Source: Lepidodermella squamata
Taxonomy: Eukaryota > Animalia > Gastrotricha
DNA length: 64,000 bases
NCBI GenBank assembly: GCA_047495785.1
Contig: JBLDXI010000024.1
Span: 806,001-870,000 of the forward strand
Reading direction: 5' to 3'
The position numbers and the translations under genes are program-made. The notes under the pieces were generated by a model. It saw only the letters and a list, made by a program, of their open reading frames with translations. It was not told the origin of the DNA and did not search any database. Numbering within the stretch: the first letter of the stretch is position 1; every line of letters begins with the position of its first letter. Shown here one piece after another: positions 59,901-64,000 of the stretch.

Positions 59901-61292
59901 TTGGCTTTAAGTGAGGCGATCATTTTCTTGAAAATCGCATGTTCTGATATCAGTTTTGTCAGCTCTCCATCGCTTGATTCCTTCCCGTGCATCATGTCGT
60001 AGGCATATGCTAAAATGTCAGCAGCGCCTCCGAATCCTTTTAGCAGAAGAGCTGGGCTTTTGACAACACCACCAACGCACATTTCGACAGCTTTGAGAAC
60101 GCGAGGACTTCCACCGATTACCAGAGTTACGTAAGGCAGGCCTTTCTCGTCGTCGCCTTTCAGCTTCGATTGACACATGTAGTCAATGAACTCCATTCGG
60201 AACAGCTGCTCCTCATCGTACAGGGGCTGAAGGGTTCCGTTATCAATGAGAAGGATGAAGTTGTGCCCCGCGTTCAGCTGGCTCAGTCTTCTATCTCGCA
60301 CCCCCATTCGGTAACAACTCGGCCGGTCGACGTTGATCGGCGATTCAAAGCATTCAGTGTTGTCCAACATTCTGAACGGAGCAATCGCCAGGCATGTTGG
60401 ATTCGACCCTAATCGACGAGCCTTCGCGCAAGAATTCCCGACCAGTTTAGCGACACCTTGATTCAACCCGTTAGTGACCAGCCATGCATTTGCGTTCGTG
60501 GCAGCGCGTGTTATTGCTTCGTGAAATTTTGTAATCATTCGATCACTTGCGCCGACTAGGTCCGTGTGCCAACCGATGATGTCGATGATGACATTTGGTC
60601 GATGCATATCCCACATTTTCGGGGAAAGCATCAGGTTGGTGAGCTCTTCAAAGTACTCAGATTTGTCACTGATCTCTCTGATAACAGGTGGATGCAAATC
60701 GAAGTTGTCTAATCCTCTGATTCTAGCAAACCAAGCTTCGCCGTGGTGTCTAGCTGATCGATTGCCGGATTCCTCATGAAACTGCAGGACACCAGTTGAC
60801 ACGTGATTCGAAAAGTTGGAAGTGTGATCCGATTTCTTTCTACCACAGATACAAACCCCTCCATCAGTCCTAGAAAAATAATAGCGAAAATGTGAAAAAT
60901 GAGAGTTTTTAAAAGGTTATTACGTCGTCTCGATTGGTAAAGCAGAACATTCCACTCTTAGCCATGAAATCCCTTCGCTTGACGGAATAAACTGCGTGCA
61001 CTCTTCTAGACGGAAAATGTCCTTTGACAGATGCTCTGAAGCAGTCCTCAATCGTGTTGGCTGTTAAGGAAAACCACTGTTAACGCTTAAAATCTCAGGT
61101 AAATTACAACTTACATTCATTATTTTTCCTGTCAACATTTGCAGCAGTTGTTGTTTTTGGCACACCACTATAAACTATTCCGTTACTATCAGAGATTTTG
61201 AGATGGAATGTTTTCATGAAGGCGAAACAACAAAGCAGCCTTACTGATAACGTAATCCGCGTGATACAACTCCGTGTATGACTCGCTCTCAT
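56922..61292 (-). CDS. TRPM-family cation channel, divergent (multi-exon; 5' end uncertain)
   Basis: MHR/SLOG motifs W.M.RPNVIIDIIG, AWLVTNGLNQGVAKLVG, LNAGHNFILLIDNG, GFGGAADILA, WNRCD.A, FVAQPAVQ...IWYG, SPICRY. Six TMs ending NMLLA. Confidence 0.88.
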
Positions 61293-61488
61293 TTTGTACC
61301 ATTAGGACACCCTGGCCTTTCTCACCGATAGTCACCCTCGAGTCATAAATTATGATTAATTTGCAGTGTACATAAGTTTCGTGCGTTCCAATGCATATAC
61401 ATTACATCTAAAGTCACAACACCGGTTTATTGTTGCTAGGTAATAATACGACTCAAGGTAAGGATAAGGTAAAGATTTATATAAAAAT

Positions 61489-61691
61489 TGTGACCGGCGG
61501 TCACTTGGCTGGCACGTGCCCGTCGCTGCACCCGTGCCAAGGGACCACCTGTCGCATCCCGCCAACCCGGAGTCGCGTGCCCTCAGGTTATATAAACTGG
61601 CCCTATGTGGCCCTGAAGGACAGTTATCTAGTTGCTACGAATAAAGCTGTTTGGTTGCTATTTTGTGTTAGTTAAACCGGGGACCCTCACA
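61489..61691 (+). repeat. 5' LTR (~203 bp)
   Basis: TGTGA...TCACA termini, internal TATAAA (~61591) and AATAAA (~61640), followed by a TGG-initiated PBS. Confidence 0.75.
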
Positions 61692-61692
61692 C

Positions 61693-61710
61693 TGGCACCG
61701 AGACCCGGAA
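61693..61710 (+). promoter_or_regulatory. Primer-binding site, resembling a tRNA-Phe PBS
   Basis: TGGCACCGAGACCCGGAA lies 1 nt after the LTR and is an imperfect match to the usual Phe PBS TGGTGCCGAAACCCGGGA. Confidence 0.6.
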
Positions 61711-61780
61711 GTTGACTGTAATCGTAGCAATTTTTTTTCTCTTTACTTGGTTGATTAAGGTTGAAGGTTGATAAAGGTTG

Positions 61781-62848
61781 ATGGCTAGCTTTCAAGGAGC
61801 TACGCTGAAAACCCTGCCCACGGAGGATTCGACCATTCCTCAGGTTGGAAAATTCGTGCTTGGCAGGCAAACGCTCACGGATTTCTTAATTGAAGCCGAG
61901 AGTGTGTGGTTGGCGCGCAAGGTCCCGCCTTTGGCGTGGATAAATGCGCTAAGGTTGGCACTCCCTGGCCAGCTCATGCTGGACATGGACCGCATAATGG
62001 TTGACGTCGACCCTCGTACTGCGTCGTACGAGACGGTCAAAAGAGCGCTGATCAAGGCGGTTGACAAGCCACCCACGAAGGAAGAACTCATCACGAAGGC
62101 GGCGACAATCAAGCAAAAGCAGAAGCAGCCGGTTGACGAACTGATCCGCGAGGTCAGGTTGTTTGGCGAGAAGTTGGTTGAACTAGAGGTGCCGCAAGCG
62201 CAAGTCGACGGGCACATGGTCGAGACACTGCGCCGAGCGCTCGCATGCCAGCGCACGCAAGAGAAACTCGCCCGGAAGGTGGTCGCAGGCACTCTAACGT
62301 GGGAAGCCGCGTGTGAGATCGCCAGAAGCCAGGAGAAGGTCGCTGAGAGCATGTCAGAAGTCAACGCCAGGACGGCGAGGGACGAGGAGTTGGAGAAATT
62401 ACGCAGCATGGTGACTGACCTGGGGTCAAAACTGCAAGCCCTGGCAGACACGAAGTCGAAGGACCAGGAGCTGATCGCGTTTCAAGACGTGAAGATTCAA
62501 CAACTTAGCCAGCTCTTACACGTCGCGCAGCAAACGAGTCGCCAGCCAATCAATTCGAACGTGGGCGCTTGGGGCGGGCCAAGTCCCAGACCGCAGCCGG
62601 AAAGCGCCAACAGGCAGCCACCAGGCACGGCGCCGGGTAGACCGACAACAAGGAGCGCGAGCAACAACAAGCCGGTCTCGGCAACGCCAAGTCGCAATTT
62701 CACAGGTTGTTACGCCTGTCGATATCAAGGTCACGTCGCGCAATACTGCCCGACCACCAAGGAAGGAGCACCGATGGACTCGTGCTACGGTTGTGGGGAG
62801 CCTGGTCACGTTCGTCGTGACTGCCCCAAGCCGAACCAAAATTTGTGA
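61781..62848 (+). CDS. gag: Gag with two CCHC zinc knuckles
   Basis: CYACRYQGHVAQYC and CYGCGEPGHVRRDC. Confidence 0.88.
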   Translation: MASFQGATLKTLPTEDSTIPQVGKFVLGRQTLTDFLIEAESVWLARKVPPLAWINALRLALPGQLMLDMDRIMVDVDPRTASYETVKRALIKAVDKPPTKEELITKAATIKQKQKQPVDELIREVRLFGEKLVELEVPQAQVDGHMVETLRRALACQRTQEKLARKVVAGTLTWEAACEIARSQEKVAESMSEVNARTARDEELEKLRSMVTDLGSKLQALADTKSKDQELIAFQDVKIQQLSQLLHVAQQTSRQPINSNVGAWGGPSPRPQPESANRQPPGTAPGRPTTRSASNNKPVSATPSRNFTGCYACRYQGHVAQYCPTTKEGAPMDSCYGCGEPGHVRRDCPKPNQNL

Positions 62849-64000
62849 AGAAGGCCCAGCAAGCCAAGGCGGGCGCTGGACCGAAGTTGGCGGGTTCAGC
62901 GCAGAAGATGGAGGAGAAGAAGGTTGAAGAGGTTGAAGGTAGAATGAAAGCAGCTGAGGTTGACAATAAGGTTGTAAATAACGGCTGGAGTGACAAATTT
63001 CCAAGAAATTTCAGTGGTTGTGTGGTAAGAAAGCTCAAGGATGGTAAATACGTCTACGCGTTAGGTGACGGCTTCAAGTGCGTTCCTTCGGATACATTCC
63101 TGGCAGTAAACGTGCTCATGAAGAACGGTCAGAAAGTCCTGACGTTGGTAGATTGCGGCTCTACGATGTCTCTGGTTAGCGAGGAGGTGGCAAAGGCGTT
63201 CAACTTGTCCGTCACCAAAGCCATCACTTACAAGCTGACCACGGCAGACAGTGGCCGTTTGAACACGATGGGTTGCGGAGAGGTGGACTTTCATCTTGGA
63301 AATTTGAAGTTCAGCCAAAATGTTCAGGTAGTTAAAAATCTCAGCTGCGGGTTGTTGCTGGGCCTTGATTTTCTCATCAGGAATCGGGCAATGGTTGATT
63401 TCCATGAAGGCAGGATCATTTTTCAGAACCGTCATAGCAGCAGCTGGAGCGTTCAGATGCCTAAGGTTGAGAAACACGGAAACGTCATGACCGTGCTCAA
63501 TGCAGAAATAGGGTGGGAGCAACCGGCTCTACCTTACCTGCGCAAAAGGTCGGAAGAATGGTTCCAGGATTGCGAAGACGACGAGCCACGAGAAGAAGGT
63601 GAAGATGATAGCGCACTATTTCCACCAGACGGGTCGAAGGTTGAAGACTTCAGCGCGGTTGAAGTAGGTAGCGAGATATCGGACGAGGCCAAGGCAAAGC
63701 TGTTCAAGCTGATTGGGGACTACAGCGACTGTTTCTCGTTCGACGGCAAGGTTAAAGAGACCAAGTCGGCAACGTTTTCGATCAAGATAACGAACCCAGC
63801 AGCAAAACCGGTCAAGGCCGAGCCGCGAAGGCGGTCCGAGAAAGACCAAGAATTCATCGCCAAGAAGTTCAAGCAACTGGAAGAACAAGGAATTGTCGTC
63901 AAAACAAACACACCCTGGATAAGCGAGGTTGTACTCGAAAAGACGAAGGATCCGGAGAATCCTAGGGTAGCAATCGATTTGACGCCGATCAACGATTTGA
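62821..64000 (+). CDS. pol: Pol (aspartic protease and start of RT), -1 frame relative to gag, partial
   Basis: Open from 62821 to the window end. Protease LVDCGSTMSLV...LLLGLDFL and RT start PVKAEPRR...QGIV...TPW.SEVV...RVAIDL..IN. Confidence 0.88.
   Translation, partial: MPQAEPKFVKKAQQAKAGAGPKLAGSAQKMEEKKVEEVEGRMKAAEVDNKVVNNGWSDKFPRNFSGCVVRKLKDGKYVYALGDGFKCVPSDTFLAVNVLMKNGQKVLTLVDCGSTMSLVSEEVAKAFNLSVTKAITYKLTTADSGRLNTMGCGEVDFHLGNLKFSQNVQVVKNLSCGLLLGLDFLIRNRAMVDFHEGRIIFQNRHSSSWSVQMPKVEKHGNVMTVLNAEIGWEQPALPYLRKRSEEWFQDCEDDEPREEGEDDSALFPPDGSKVEDFSAVEVGSEISDEAKAKLFKLIGDYSDCFSFDGKVKETKSATFSIKITNPAAKPVKAEPRRRSEKDQEFIAKKFKQLEEQGIVVKTNTPWISEVVLEKTKDPENPRVAIDLTPINDL

Larger units (their letters stand above)
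61489..64000 (+). mobile_element. Ty3/Gypsy LTR retrotransposon, 5' portion (runs off the window)
   Basis: LTR, PBS, gag with zinc knuckles, then protease directly followed by RT (Gypsy order). Confidence 0.92.

Noticed and set aside
1-64000. CRISPR arrays, tRNA/rRNA genes, prokaryotic operons, telomeric repeats
   Set aside because: None seen. The window is intron-rich eukaryotic DNA.

Overview
Gene-dense eukaryotic (animal) DNA with many short (~50-60 nt) GT-AG introns and the standard genetic code, so most supplied ORFs are exon fragments. I re-spliced the genes by eye, and the boundaries are approximate. The gene content (DD3-3 family, a chitin-binding plus LamG Pif-like protein, Ly6 proteins) suggests a compact-genome invertebrate, possibly a spiralian; this is inference. 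Contents in order: four tandem DD3-3-like secreted-protein genes; a CYP3-clan P450; two Ly6/three-finger genes; eight intronless multi-TM orphan genes in four spots; an atypical homeobox gene; two tandem Na/K-ATPase beta subunits with a gene-conversion-like tract; a 5'-truncated LINE inside a K2P-like gene fragment; an intact K2P channel; four paralogous secreted prohormone-like genes (C-x8-C...QPFYLWA) around a Myb/SANT-like gene; an intronless bacterial-type glycosyltransferase-like gene; a Pif-like gene; a cationic His-rich secreted protein; two 6-Cys His-rich secreted paralogs; a divergent TRPM channel; and the 5' half of a Ty3/Gypsy element. The best candidates for undescribed biology are (1) the QPFYLWA secreted peptide family, (2) an intronless 4-TM-module membrane family that occurs both fused (8-TM) and split into operon-like pairs with unpaired splice acceptors, (3) a furin-cleavable insert in the DD3-3 paralogs, and (4) a highly structured ~190-nt RNA at the LINE 3' end.
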